From: Candidatus Sungiibacteriota bacterium
GTDB lineage: Bacteria; Patescibacteriota; Minisyncoccia; Sungbacterales; HO2-52-23
Reading direction: 5' to 3'
Assembly: GCA_016206285.1 (NCBI GenBank)
Contig: JACQRW010000024.1
Location: 1,376 to 65,375 of the forward strand
DNA length: 64,000 nucleotides
The number at the start of each line of letters is the position of its first letter. Positions within the stretch are counted from its first letter, which is position 1. Positions 9,271-19,172 of this stretch are shown in pieces. Under the pieces are notes generated by a model. That model ran no database searches. It saw only the letters and a list, made by a program, of their open reading frames with translations, and was not told the DNA's origin. A program made the position numbers and the translations under genes.

Positions 9271-9341
9271 AGCGGGTGAAGGGAATCGAACCCTCGTTCT
9301 TAGCTTGGGAAGCTAACGTACTGCCACTGTACTACACCCGC
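9271..9341 (-). tRNA. tRNA-Gly(CCC)
   Basis: Cloverleaf; anticodon loop TT CCC AA. Confidence 0.93.
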
Positions 9342-9383
9342 ACTACTATCAATCGTCCTACCACTAAACTATGGCCGCGTGAA

Positions 9384-9647
9384 TCAGGTTATAAGTCTCA
9401 GACGGCGCAGATCATCTTCAGTCCAGCCGATTGCTTCGACAACACTGCGCAATGTTTGACGCGTGAGCGTGTCACTGCTGTGATGATAATGTATAACGGT
9501 AATCCTGCCATCCGGATGGCGATAAATGCGGCCGCCGGAGCGTGTTTCGCGTTCCAACAAAAACCCGTCACGCAACAGGGCATTGACGAGTTCGCGTACT
9601 GACGTATTGCGCAAAAGATGCGAGCACCGCGATACGTTATCATTCAT
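9384..9647 (-). CDS. hicA: HicA-family toxin
   Basis: ELVNALLRDGF..ER...IYRHPDGR.TVIHYH...TLRSV; ATGA overlap with the upstream antitoxin. Confidence 0.75.
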   Translation of the reverse strand: MNDNVSRCSHLLRNTSVRELVNALLRDGFLLERETRSGGRIYRHPDGRITVIHYHHSSDTLTRQTLRSVVEAIGWTEDDLRRLRLIT

Positions 9648-10057
9648 AGCGTAACCGCAATAACCGGCGCGTTAATGGTTTCAACCGTTTTCGCCATCGG
9701 AATGCTCTGCCCATATTTCACCAAAACCTCAAGGTATGCCTGCGCCGCTTCCCGCAATGCCCCCAGTGCCTCTCCTTGGTTGCGACCCAATGTCGCGCAT
9801 CCCGGCAATGTTGAAATCCATGCACTCCAACGCCCATCTTTTTCCTGTTCCAACTGGGCTCGAAAGACGTAGGACTTTACCTTGTGAATACTCATGGAAG
9901 TAGATCTTTTTACCTTTCTGGTCGCAACACTACTTGGCGCATCTCTTAAAATTCCAAAAGCCTCATCAGAAAACTCTTTTTTAGTTTTCTTGCTTCCAAC
10001 TTTTTTTGCTTCTAATAACTTTTGATATTCTTTTTTGCTGATAGTAACGGTTTCCAT
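9644..10057 (-). CDS. hicB: HicB-family antitoxin with N-terminal extension
   Basis: EQEKDGRWSAWISTLPGCATLG..EAL..LREA motif in the C-terminal half. Confidence 0.75.
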   Translation of the reverse strand: METVTISKKEYQKLLEAKKVGSKKTKKEFSDEAFGILRDAPSSVATRKVKRSTSMSIHKVKSYVFRAQLEQEKDGRWSAWISTLPGCATLGRNQGEALGALREAAQAYLEVLVKYGQSIPMAKTVETINAPVIAVTL

Positions 10058-10095
10058 ACATGTACTCTACCCTATATTGTCTTATGAGGCAAGCA

Positions 10096-11604
10096 TCACC
10101 GATACTTTGGCGTTACCCAAAATCCAAGGCGGTGTTTGCCGCCAAGCATGACGCGGGTCTGCGCCTCGAGCGCGGGAAATGCACCGAACACGATCATGGT
10201 GACCGGCATCAGTATCCATTGGAAGAAATATAAAATATAGTGGCGCTTGCGAAACCACTCAGGTTTGGGCGGCAACAGAATAATACCCAACACTGCCGAA
10301 GATACGATACCGACCATGGCAAAACTCATGATAAAGCGCGTAATACGCGGCAAGTTATAGGAAAGCACCGATACGTTGAATTCTGATCCTCCGATCGTTA
10401 CCGGCAACCAGCCAAGCACGAAAATAATGATCGAGTTGGTCGCCCATGAATGGAAACCCTCAATATAATGAAACCCGCGATAGAGCTTTTTTTTGAAAGG
10501 CATCTTTGGATGACGGCGAAATCCCTCAAGCATATAGGGCACGTTTTCACACCCGCCCCATGCCCAGCGGCGCTGCTGCTTGTAGAGATTTTTCATAGTT
10601 TGCCAAAATGTCAGCGCGACATTGGCATCCATGGACACGGGATACAAAATCGGCACTACGCGCCAATCGCCGTCGTAATGAAGAAAGCACTGCCAGAAAA
10701 TTTGTGAATCTTCCGACACAATGCCCGTATTCCAGAACCCGATCTCGACCAGTGCCTTGAAGGGCATCGCGTGCGATGAGAACGTAGCCATGCGCTCCGG
10801 ACGCGACTGCTGGATCATATGCCAAAACGATGAGGAAAACGCGATCACGCGTCCAAGCGCCGGAGCCTGATAGATGTTGTTTGTAAACAGCGGCACCGGC
10901 TGAAAACTCGACCGCTGCGGATACGGACAGGTAAGAAATTCGTAGGTCAGAATGCCAAAATATTCCGGAAATACCTGCGTATCAACATCCAAGACGGACA
11001 CCATGATCTGCTCATACGGAATTCCGAGCGGATCAATAATTTTTTCTTTCACTTGCCTGCCCGCCCATGTTTCGTTGGATCCCTTGCCCGGAATTTCATC
11101 CGGCAACTCTGCAGGATGCACCGTTGTGAGCAATTGGAAAAATTTGCCTTTGAACTCCCGTTCAATGCGCTGCGCTATTTCCTCCCCTTCCGGCGCGCGG
11201 CCTTCAGTGGCAAGCACTACGATCATGCGATCCGCAGGATAGTTGGCAGCAAGCAGCAATTTGAATGTCTCTGCCACCAGTTCATACGGCTCTTTGTACA
11301 TGGGAAATATCACCAGGTGATATATGTCCTGCCATGGTTTATTTTCTTTTTGGAGCCGCTCAAGCCAGTTTACTTTCATATTATGCCGCATCTGCTTGAA
11401 CGACGCACGCAAATGGAGTGAGAAATATAATGTTTTCAAAAACCAATAGGTATCAAAAACAATAATAAAGACGCTCGTCCATACTGGCAGGATATGCGAA
11501 AACACAATCGCCCCAATCAAAGTCCCCCACGCCAGCACCCCGGGCAGAAATTCAAAGAGACGGAATAAGTTTTTCTTTTCTGTATCGTATTGAGCGGTTT
11601 TCAT
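10096..11604 (-). CDS. Membrane glycosyltransferase family 2
   Basis: GKGSN, DVDT, SED and QQRRW motifs; multiple TM segments. Confidence 0.85.
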   Translation of the reverse strand: MKTAQYDTEKKNLFRLFEFLPGVLAWGTLIGAIVFSHILPVWTSVFIIVFDTYWFLKTLYFSLHLRASFKQMRHNMKVNWLERLQKENKPWQDIYHLVIFPMYKEPYELVAETFKLLLAANYPADRMIVVLATEGRAPEGEEIAQRIEREFKGKFFQLLTTVHPAELPDEIPGKGSNETWAGRQVKEKIIDPLGIPYEQIMVSVLDVDTQVFPEYFGILTYEFLTCPYPQRSSFQPVPLFTNNIYQAPALGRVIAFSSSFWHMIQQSRPERMATFSSHAMPFKALVEIGFWNTGIVSEDSQIFWQCFLHYDGDWRVVPILYPVSMDANVALTFWQTMKNLYKQQRRWAWGGCENVPYMLEGFRRHPKMPFKKKLYRGFHYIEGFHSWATNSIIIFVLGWLPVTIGGSEFNVSVLSYNLPRITRFIMSFAMVGIVSSAVLGIILLPPKPEWFRKRHYILYFFQWILMPVTMIVFGAFPALEAQTRVMLGGKHRLGFWVTPKYR

Positions 11605-11659
11605 AAAAGTATTTCACTAAACAAAACAGACTGCCGGCAAATCAGTTTAGGAGCTGCGG

Positions 11660-13384
11660 CTATAGTATCTCCTTTTGATAACACTGTTTGCAATAGACGA
11701 TTGGCGCTTCCGCTTCGGTATAGTTGGTTTCAAAATCAGCGCCGCAGAGTTTGCAGACCCGCGAAATGAGCCGTAAATCCCTCACCCATTGGTTAAATTT
11801 CGCTTCAATCCTGCAAAACGGGCACTGCCGCGGAAGCGGAAAATTTCTCTCGCGCAAAAATTTGAATTCAGCCGGAATAATTTTAAATCCTCTTTCACAT
11901 ATACTGCATTGAAGTACTTCGTTCAAGATTGAATCATCCGCATCTTTAATATGATCGGGGATATCCGCCGTCTTCAGGGTAATATGATGCCGCCCTATTT
12001 TGGCTTCCTTGTATCGGTATCCGTTTTCTTCTATGTCTTCCTGCGCGAGCGGGAAAAAACCGTTTGCAATGGTCTCATTATATGCATAGGGCGACAATGC
12101 GACCGGGAAAAATTCTCCATAGCCGTATAGCCTCCCCCGTGTATCCTGATACGGCATTTCTTTCATATGTGCGATGATTTTTTCGCGCAGAGTAAAATAC
12201 TCTTCCTTTGTATACCGTTTATTCAGAATAACATACTCTCCTTTTCGCGCCGACACGCACCCGAAATAATTCGAGCCGCCTATTGAATCTACCGAGTACT
12301 CGGCGTTTACCGCGTTAATCCCGGTACTCAAACAAAACTTGAGTCCGGAACTATTCTCGCCCACATTGCAGCATTCATACGACAAGGCCAGATTGTTGCC
12401 CCAGCTGAATATATCATAGCAATCTTTTATCGGCGGGTCATACAGCATAAAAAGATACTTTGAATCCTCGGCGCCGTTTACCTCAAAGCACTGGGTACAA
12501 TTTCTGGATCGAAATACATGAGAACCCGTCGAATTGACGGAAAACTCCTCCTGAACCGGTTTTGGAGGAAGCGTCTTCCAGTGATCTTCCGCAAGCCGCT
12601 GTACCTCCTGATAGGTCTGGTACGAGCCAAGGTCCCACCGGGCAATTTCCTTGAAGTAATCATCTTTTGAATACGCTTTATTGAAGACATAATACTGTTT
12701 GTTGCGCAGATTAGCGGATGCAAAGCAATTCTGACAATTAAATGAATCTTTCAAGAATGCGCAATCAACCGAATCAGTCACCTGGCTTCTTAACCCTGCG
12801 CATCGGCTGTTTTTATACGAGTGCATCGAATCATAACATAAATCGGAAGAAACCATTGCAGACGAATCCAAGGTGTCTTTTACATGATTTAAAAAGAACC
12901 CGTATGCTGAATTTTCAACGAAATCCGCCATAAACAGCAGGTATGCATTCTTCAAATGCCCCGCAAGGTTGTTATAGAAGGAATTGACCATCGTAGAAGC
13001 ATCAATCCTCAACGCCGCCAAAGGCACCTCATGCAAAAGGCCGTTGAATTGTTCGAAAAACGGACGCGAGAAATCATAGTCGCGGCCATATGTCATGGGA
13101 TCCCATTGGTCCGACCACCAACATGAAGTGCAATAAACCCGATATCGCGCATCCGGAGGATACGTTGAAATAATATCTTTCTTGCAAAGATCGCAAAGCC
13201 GCTGATACAGATGAAAGATGTTGAAAAATGCCAGCCTCCGCTGCAATCTGCACTTCGGACAAAACGTGGGCGGCGGCACCTGCATCTTTTCATAAAACAC
13301 AAAATCCTCCGGCTCGATGGTGAAGGGATTTTTGCAATTTTGGCAGGGCTTGTCCTGAGCTTGTCGAAGGATTTCGGGGTTCAT
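11660..13384 (-). CDS. Cys-rich Zn-ribbon repeat protein, paralog 1 of 9
   Basis: CQNC..FTIEPEDF..P.TFCPKC N-terminus, FGCVS/NLRNKQY motifs, YCKQCY C-terminus; start 13384 by ATGA overlap. Confidence 0.85.
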   Translation of the reverse strand: MNPEILRQAQDKPCQNCKNPFTIEPEDFVFYEKMQVPPPTFCPKCRLQRRLAFFNIFHLYQRLCDLCKKDIISTYPPDARYRVYCTSCWWSDQWDPMTYGRDYDFSRPFFEQFNGLLHEVPLAALRIDASTMVNSFYNNLAGHLKNAYLLFMADFVENSAYGFFLNHVKDTLDSSAMVSSDLCYDSMHSYKNSRCAGLRSQVTDSVDCAFLKDSFNCQNCFASANLRNKQYYVFNKAYSKDDYFKEIARWDLGSYQTYQEVQRLAEDHWKTLPPKPVQEEFSVNSTGSHVFRSRNCTQCFEVNGAEDSKYLFMLYDPPIKDCYDIFSWGNNLALSYECCNVGENSSGLKFCLSTGINAVNAEYSVDSIGGSNYFGCVSARKGEYVILNKRYTKEEYFTLREKIIAHMKEMPYQDTRGRLYGYGEFFPVALSPYAYNETIANGFFPLAQEDIEENGYRYKEAKIGRHHITLKTADIPDHIKDADDSILNEVLQCSICERGFKIIPAEFKFLRERNFPLPRQCPFCRIEAKFNQWVRDLRLISRVCKLCGADFETNYTEAEAPIVYCKQCYQKEIL

Positions 13385-15138
13385 AAAATTTCCTCCTGAT
13401 AACACTGTTCGCAATAGATAATTTCTTTTCGATCTGGCGCGTAAGAGGTCAGAAAGGCGTTTGCACATGCTGCGGTACCGTGGGGATGCGCGCCTTGATT
13501 TTGGTATGCGGCATTGTACGATTGTTGGCCGGCACATTGGCATGTTCGCTGATAAAATTTCGGCTGGTTGCGATATTTCGTGCGCTCAATAAATCGGCAG
13601 TTGTGGCAGATACGCGGAATCGGAAGCGTCATACGACGGTAAAACTCAAGCTCCATGGGAATCAGGCGAAACGCCTTGTTGCATGATGCACACTTAATAA
13701 CTTCTTTGAGAATATCATCGCCGATGTCGTTGATGTGATCGGGCAGGTTTTGCGCGTCCACCGTGGTTTTGAACTCGCGCGTCTCGGGCTCCCGCCAGAC
13801 GTACTTTTTTCGTATCGCTTCTTCTTTGGTCAGCGGGAAAAAGTCGTTTGCGAGCGTTTCGTTATACGCAAAAGGAGAAAACTCCGGCGGAAAGAACTCG
13901 CCGTAACGATACACCCTTCCCTGCTGGTCGGTAAACGGCATCTCATTCATGTGCCTGATAATTTTGTCGCGCAAAACAAAATACTCCTCTTGCGTATATT
14001 GCTTGTTAAAAATACAGTATGACTTTTTCCGCAACCCCACGCAGCCAAAGAGATTATTGGATGACATGCACTTAAACGAATATTCGATGCCGCGATCCGC
14101 CGGCCAGCAATCCATGGTAAACTTCAAGCTACTGCACCCGCTTCCGGAAACCAGCACCTCATACATAAGTTCGCTGTGCTCGCCCCAGATGGTGAAGTCA
14201 TACGAGTCATAAACCCCAAGTACCACTCCCTGAGAGTATTTTACATTTTCCGCATCAGCTACATTAAAACTCTCATGAACATTTTTACCGGAGGTAATCA
14301 TATCGCCGGATACGTTGACATTGTGCACGCCCGCCATAAATTTGCAGGGTAGAGACAGAGAAAACTGCCGCACCTGTTTTTTGATCTCCTCAAGCGACTG
14401 GTGCGATCCAAGGCCGAATTGATCGAGTTTCGCAAAATAATCCTCGCGGGAATACGGCCGGTTAAAAATATAGTATTGCTTGTTGCGCAGATTCGCGCAT
14501 CCGAAGCAGTTGGAACAGCCCATGCAATCACGTGAAAACCAGACATCATGGCATTTCTCGCAACGGTTGGAAAAACGCGTCTGATATGAATCAACGACAC
14601 TGGTGCACTCATAACAGAATTCATTGCGCGCAAGCGTGGTACAATCGAGAGAGTCTTTCATATTATTCGCATCACTTACGTACGCGCACCGCTCGCAGCT
14701 GCCAAGATTAAAACAGAGGTAACAATCTTTGAGGTTGCTTGCCCCATGCACATAGTCTGAATTGATCAGATTGATCACGCTCCGGCTCACCCATGGCACA
14801 TCGTACATGAGCGTTTTAAACTGTTCGAAAAACGGCCGGGAAAAGTCATACTCGCGGCCATAATCCATCGGATCCCATGCGTCTGACTGCCAATACTCAT
14901 CGTTATAAATTTTTGCCTGCACCTGCGGTGGAAACTCCGAAAAAATATCTTTGCCCGATATCTCGTCTTTATGCCGGAACAGCTGCCGCTCATTTTCAAA
15001 CAGCATTCTCCGAATCATCCGGCACTCCGGACACCACGTCGGCGCAGGCACCTTGATCTTCTCGTAAAATGCAAAATCCTCCGGTTTAATAGTGAACGGC
15101 TGGCTGCAGTTTTGACAGGTGCGGGTTTCTTGATTCAT
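13381..15138 (-). CDS. Cys-rich Zn-ribbon repeat protein, paralog 2 of 9
   Basis: Same architecture; ATGA overlap with hicA upstream and with paralog 1 downstream. Confidence 0.88.
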   Translation of the reverse strand: MNQETRTCQNCSQPFTIKPEDFAFYEKIKVPAPTWCPECRMIRRMLFENERQLFRHKDEISGKDIFSEFPPQVQAKIYNDEYWQSDAWDPMDYGREYDFSRPFFEQFKTLMYDVPWVSRSVINLINSDYVHGASNLKDCYLCFNLGSCERCAYVSDANNMKDSLDCTTLARNEFCYECTSVVDSYQTRFSNRCEKCHDVWFSRDCMGCSNCFGCANLRNKQYYIFNRPYSREDYFAKLDQFGLGSHQSLEEIKKQVRQFSLSLPCKFMAGVHNVNVSGDMITSGKNVHESFNVADAENVKYSQGVVLGVYDSYDFTIWGEHSELMYEVLVSGSGCSSLKFTMDCWPADRGIEYSFKCMSSNNLFGCVGLRKKSYCIFNKQYTQEEYFVLRDKIIRHMNEMPFTDQQGRVYRYGEFFPPEFSPFAYNETLANDFFPLTKEEAIRKKYVWREPETREFKTTVDAQNLPDHINDIGDDILKEVIKCASCNKAFRLIPMELEFYRRMTLPIPRICHNCRFIERTKYRNQPKFYQRTCQCAGQQSYNAAYQNQGAHPHGTAACANAFLTSYAPDRKEIIYCEQCYQEEIL

Positions 15139-15356
15139 ATATTTTCAAAGTCTTCTTCGCGCAAATGCGATTGTCTCACGATTGACCGAAATGTGCCATA
15201 CGGAATTTCCCTTTTGTTCATCGGAACGATAACCGTATGTATCCCAGCCACAACTTTCCGGCGATACTTCGCGTGGCTTCCGCGCTGGGAGACAAAAACA
15301 AAGCCCCTGAATTCAAGGACTTTGACAATATACTGCGAAGAATACAATTTAGGCAT
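15135..15356 (-). CDS. hicA: HicA-family toxin
   Basis: KVLEFRGFVFVSQRGSHAKY...VIVP..EIPYGTFRSI. Confidence 0.88.
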   Translation of the reverse strand: MPKLYSSQYIVKVLEFRGFVFVSQRGSHAKYRRKVVAGIHTVIVPMNKREIPYGTFRSIVRQSHLREEDFENI

Positions 15357-15564
15357 ATTGGAACGCCTTTTTCACGATGGAGGGAGAGCGTATCTCCTGA
15401 ATTTTCCGCGGCACATCTTCGAGATACAGTTCAAATGCTTCCTGAAGATTTTTGATTGCTTCTGATTTGGTCTTGCCGAAACTTGAGACATCGGCGTTCA
15501 GACATTGAGCCACATAATACTTGCCCTCTTTCCATACAATAGAGATAATATTGATCTTTTTCAT
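15349..15564 (-). CDS. hicB: HicB-family antitoxin (short)
   Basis: WKEGKYYVAQC...VSSFGKTKSEAIKNLQEAFELYLE; own promoter TTGAAC-17-TATTAT just upstream. Confidence 0.85.
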   Translation of the reverse strand: MKKINIISIVWKEGKYYVAQCLNADVSSFGKTKSEAIKNLQEAFELYLEDVPRKIQEIRSPSIVKKAFQYA

Positions 15565-15595
15565 ACGCATATAATAGCACGTTACGGAAATTTGT

Positions 15596-17374
15596 TCAAA
15601 CGACCTCGCTTTGATAACATTGCTCGCAATAGACGATTTCGGGTCTGTCGGGAGCATAAGAGGTCTGGAACTCGTTGGAGCAGGGAGCATCACCGTGCGC
15701 GTGTCCGGTCTGATTCTGGTATACTCCGTTTGCAGACGATTTACCAGCGCACTGGCAGAAACGATGCCAGAGTTCAAATGGATTACGGAAAGCCAGACGG
15801 GCGGCATTGCGGCACAGGAAACATCGCCTCGGAATCGGGAGCGACATTTTACGGTAAAACGCAAGTTCCTGCGGGATAATACGGTAATTTCTCGAACATG
15901 CCCCGCAGACCAGAATTTCATTCGTGATCGAATCGGAAATGTTCCGAATACTGTCCGGCAGATCGGATAATGCGATGGTTTCTTTCCCCGTAGTTAGCTG
16001 CAAAGAATCGCGCCATTGAAAATCTTTGGCATGCGCATCTTCCTCCGCAAGGGGATGATACATCTGGGCCACGGTCTCGTTGTATCCGAAACGCGAGAGA
16101 CGGGCCGGAAAAAATTCTCCCCACTCTCCGGTTGTTTTCATGTGCTCGATAATCCTGTTCTTGAGCTTTTCGTACTCTTCTTTTGAATACTGCTTGTTGA
16201 AAATACAGTACTCGCCCTTCTTCAGACCGACGCAGCCAAACAGATATTTGGAAGAATGACAGCTGTCGCAATACGTCACTTCCATGTTCTTCCACGAGTA
16301 GAACGAAAAAAAATTGCGGTACGACTGGTCCGGCGTAAGCGCTTCGTAGCACTGGTTAATCTCTCCGGCAACAAGAATATCATAGCTATCCTTGGAAGCT
16401 TCGCCATTCTCGAAGTACTTGGAGTCCTCCGCATTGAACGCATTAAAAACATAGTGACAATTTTTTGAATTGATAAGATCGTCCCCGATCGAGGCAACGC
16501 AATTTTTTAGGTTTGCATATCGACGAGGATACTTCATAATAAACTCACCGAATTCTTTTTTCGCCCGTTCTCTGCCGTTGTGCGTATCAAGACGATACTC
16601 CGCGATGATCCGTTTATACTCTTCTTCCGAGTATTGCTTATTTTTTACGTAGAAGCGCTTATGACGCAACCCGATAGATAGAAAACAATCCGACGAGTCG
16701 CGGCAGTCATAACAGAAATGCATATCTTTGACGCTGAACGAGTAGTATATATTTGTGGAACGATAACACTGCTGTGTACAGATGCTTTCATAGCTAAGCT
16801 CACAATCACCAAAGCTGCTCATTGCGTCAACAACTTCTTTTGCTTTGATCACTTCATGGCCGTATAAGCTATCTTCGAGTTTCCATGCCAACAAGACCAT
16901 ATAGCAATTTCTGCCAAACGAGAAATCATGCGTATATTGACAATTCACGCTTCCAATGCCGTCATCATTAATAAGCGCGAGCGCCGGCACGCGGTTTTGC
17001 AGTTCAACAAATTGTTCGAAAAACGGACGGGAAAAATTAAAGTCAGCCGCGTAATCTTTCGCATCCCACTGGTCCGACCACCAGCACTTATTACAATAGA
17101 CGGGAAACCTTTTGTCCGGAGCGTACAGCGACACGATCTGCTTTTTGCAAAGATCGCATGTCCGCGAGTAAAAATTAAAATCATTGCGCCACGCCATCCG
17201 CCGTTGTCTGCGGCATTTGGGGCAAAATGTCGGCGCAGGCACCTTGATCTTCTCGTAAAACGCAAAATCCTCCGGCTCAATGGTGAACGGTTTGCTGCAA
17301 TTCTGGCAGGGCTTGTCCTGCCCTCGACTCGAGCTCGGGCCGAGAGTAGCTTGTCGAAGGATTTCGAGGTTCAT
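15596..17374 (-). CDS. Cys-rich Zn-ribbon repeat protein, paralog 3 of 9
   Basis: Same architecture; start 17374 by ATGA overlap with paralog 4. Confidence 0.88.
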   Translation of the reverse strand: MNLEILRQATLGPSSSRGQDKPCQNCSKPFTIEPEDFAFYEKIKVPAPTFCPKCRRQRRMAWRNDFNFYSRTCDLCKKQIVSLYAPDKRFPVYCNKCWWSDQWDAKDYAADFNFSRPFFEQFVELQNRVPALALINDDGIGSVNCQYTHDFSFGRNCYMVLLAWKLEDSLYGHEVIKAKEVVDAMSSFGDCELSYESICTQQCYRSTNIYYSFSVKDMHFCYDCRDSSDCFLSIGLRHKRFYVKNKQYSEEEYKRIIAEYRLDTHNGRERAKKEFGEFIMKYPRRYANLKNCVASIGDDLINSKNCHYVFNAFNAEDSKYFENGEASKDSYDILVAGEINQCYEALTPDQSYRNFFSFYSWKNMEVTYCDSCHSSKYLFGCVGLKKGEYCIFNKQYSKEEYEKLKNRIIEHMKTTGEWGEFFPARLSRFGYNETVAQMYHPLAEEDAHAKDFQWRDSLQLTTGKETIALSDLPDSIRNISDSITNEILVCGACSRNYRIIPQELAFYRKMSLPIPRRCFLCRNAARLAFRNPFELWHRFCQCAGKSSANGVYQNQTGHAHGDAPCSNEFQTSYAPDRPEIVYCEQCYQSEVV

Positions 17375-19164
17375 ACTATTTCTGTTTGATAACACGTCTC
17401 GCAATAGACGATTTCGGGTCTGTCGGGAGCATAGGAGGTCTGGAAGTTGTTTGGGCAGCGCTCTCCCATATGATGCGCATGCTCCGATGAATTCTTATAG
17501 ACTTGATTATCACACGCGCACTGTCGTTGCCATTTTTTCAACACCGGGCTTCTTTGCAGCGTCCGTTCACGATGACGGCAATAAAAACATTTGCGCGGTA
17601 ACGACAATTTCATATTTCGATAAAACTCCAGTTCCGATGCAGTGATGCGAAATGCCTTTGTGCAGTTATGCTGCTGCGCTTCCTTCTGATTATTGTCCCA
17701 ATTCTCGCAAAGAATCGTTTCTTTCAATAGAGAGTCAGGCACATCATTGATATGATCAGGAAGCCCCTGCCAGGACATCGTAGTGAGATAATCTTTCACC
17801 GCAGGATCCCGCCACAAAAATCCTCTTTTCACAGCTTCAACTTGGCTGAGCGGCATATACTCCTGGACCACGGATTCATTGTACGCATAGGGACAAAGCT
17901 CGGCCGGAATGAATTCTCCATATGCATACTCTCGCCCCCTCGCATCGCGATACGGCATGGCATTCATATGCTCTTTTATCTTTATAAGAAGCTTTTCATA
18001 CTCTTCTTTGCTATATTGTTTGTTCAAAATACAATATGATTTGTTTCGCAGACCAACGCATCCAAACAGATTGTTTACCGATGGCGAGCATGAAAACGAA
18101 TATTCGACATCATAACTGTCAATATACACAAGCACTGAAAACTTGATGTTTGAAGCGTTATATCCGACATTATTGCACTCATAGATTTTTTCCGCATTCC
18201 ATCCGAAGAGATCGTAATCATAGCAATTTTTGGGCCCGAAAGGAAGTTTAATAAAGGAGCAAAACCGACTATCCTCTCCGTCCGCCACCATATATGAATC
18301 AAGGACATTCCTGCTATGATACACATAGTCTCCGGAAACATTTTGATTGTGCGACCCGTGCATGAAGCGCACCGGAAACATCTGGAAAGCTTCGCGTGCT
18401 TTCTTTTTAACTTCGAGGAGACTTTGGTGCGATCCAAGATCAAATTCAGCAATTTTCTTGGAATACTCTTCCGGAGAATACTGCATATTGAAGATGCAAT
18501 GCGACTTATTTCGCAACCCGACGCAGCCGAAACAATCGGTACAATTTATGCAATCTTTGCAAAATACGACATTATTGCAGTCCTCGCAGTTGCTCGAATA
18601 CAACACCCCGTAGCATTTTACGCAGTCAAAACATTCGTAACAAAGTTCGCAAAAATCAACGGACAAAATATCGAAACAGTTTCTCGCTTGGTTGAGAGCA
18701 ACGCCGTAAGACGAATTTTCTGTGAAGTCCGCATCGAAAAGCATGTAGCATTCTTTCAAGTTGCTGCAGTTCATGCAGTATTCGCTCCTCACATTATTGA
18801 GAAAAGACCGGCTCGGCCACGGGACGGTTTGTATGAGTTCTTTCAGCTGTTCGAAAAAAGGCCGTGAAAAATCGTACTCGTTGCCGTATTGCATGGGATC
18901 CCATTGATCCGACCACCAGTAATCACGGTCATATACCTTGACCGGGGCGTTGGGAGAAAACATGGAAAAGATATCTTTTCCGGTCGCATCGCATTTCCGC
19001 TTATAAAAAATGTTCTCGTTTCGCCAGATCATCCTGCGCTGAAACCTGCACTCCGGACACCACGTCGGCGGCGGCACTTTGATCTTCTCATAAAACTCAA
19101 AGTCCTCCGGTTTGATGGTGAACGGCTTTTTGCAATTCTGACACTGTTTGATTTCTTGGTTCAT
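17371..19164 (-). CDS. Cys-rich Zn-ribbon repeat protein, paralog 4 of 9
   Basis: MNQEIKQCQNCKKPFTIKPEDF start at 19164. Confidence 0.88.
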   Translation of the reverse strand: MNQEIKQCQNCKKPFTIKPEDFEFYEKIKVPPPTWCPECRFQRRMIWRNENIFYKRKCDATGKDIFSMFSPNAPVKVYDRDYWWSDQWDPMQYGNEYDFSRPFFEQLKELIQTVPWPSRSFLNNVRSEYCMNCSNLKECYMLFDADFTENSSYGVALNQARNCFDILSVDFCELCYECFDCVKCYGVLYSSNCEDCNNVVFCKDCINCTDCFGCVGLRNKSHCIFNMQYSPEEYSKKIAEFDLGSHQSLLEVKKKAREAFQMFPVRFMHGSHNQNVSGDYVYHSRNVLDSYMVADGEDSRFCSFIKLPFGPKNCYDYDLFGWNAEKIYECNNVGYNASNIKFSVLVYIDSYDVEYSFSCSPSVNNLFGCVGLRNKSYCILNKQYSKEEYEKLLIKIKEHMNAMPYRDARGREYAYGEFIPAELCPYAYNESVVQEYMPLSQVEAVKRGFLWRDPAVKDYLTTMSWQGLPDHINDVPDSLLKETILCENWDNNQKEAQQHNCTKAFRITASELEFYRNMKLSLPRKCFYCRHRERTLQRSPVLKKWQRQCACDNQVYKNSSEHAHHMGERCPNNFQTSYAPDRPEIVYCETCYQTEIV

Positions 19165-19172
19165 ACGAAGAT

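Noticed and set aside
9276-9602. ORFs overlapping tRNAs (also 33251-33547, 39291-39518, 40808-41131, 49987-50301)
   Set aside because: Translations of tRNA sequence with no protein motifs
13385-13543. Long N-terminal extensions of the paralog ORFs in the ORF track (also to 17404, 19317, 22655, 27531, and hicB to 15921)
   Set aside because: They overlap the upstream gene; conserved MN-x-E starts and ATGA overlaps define the real starts
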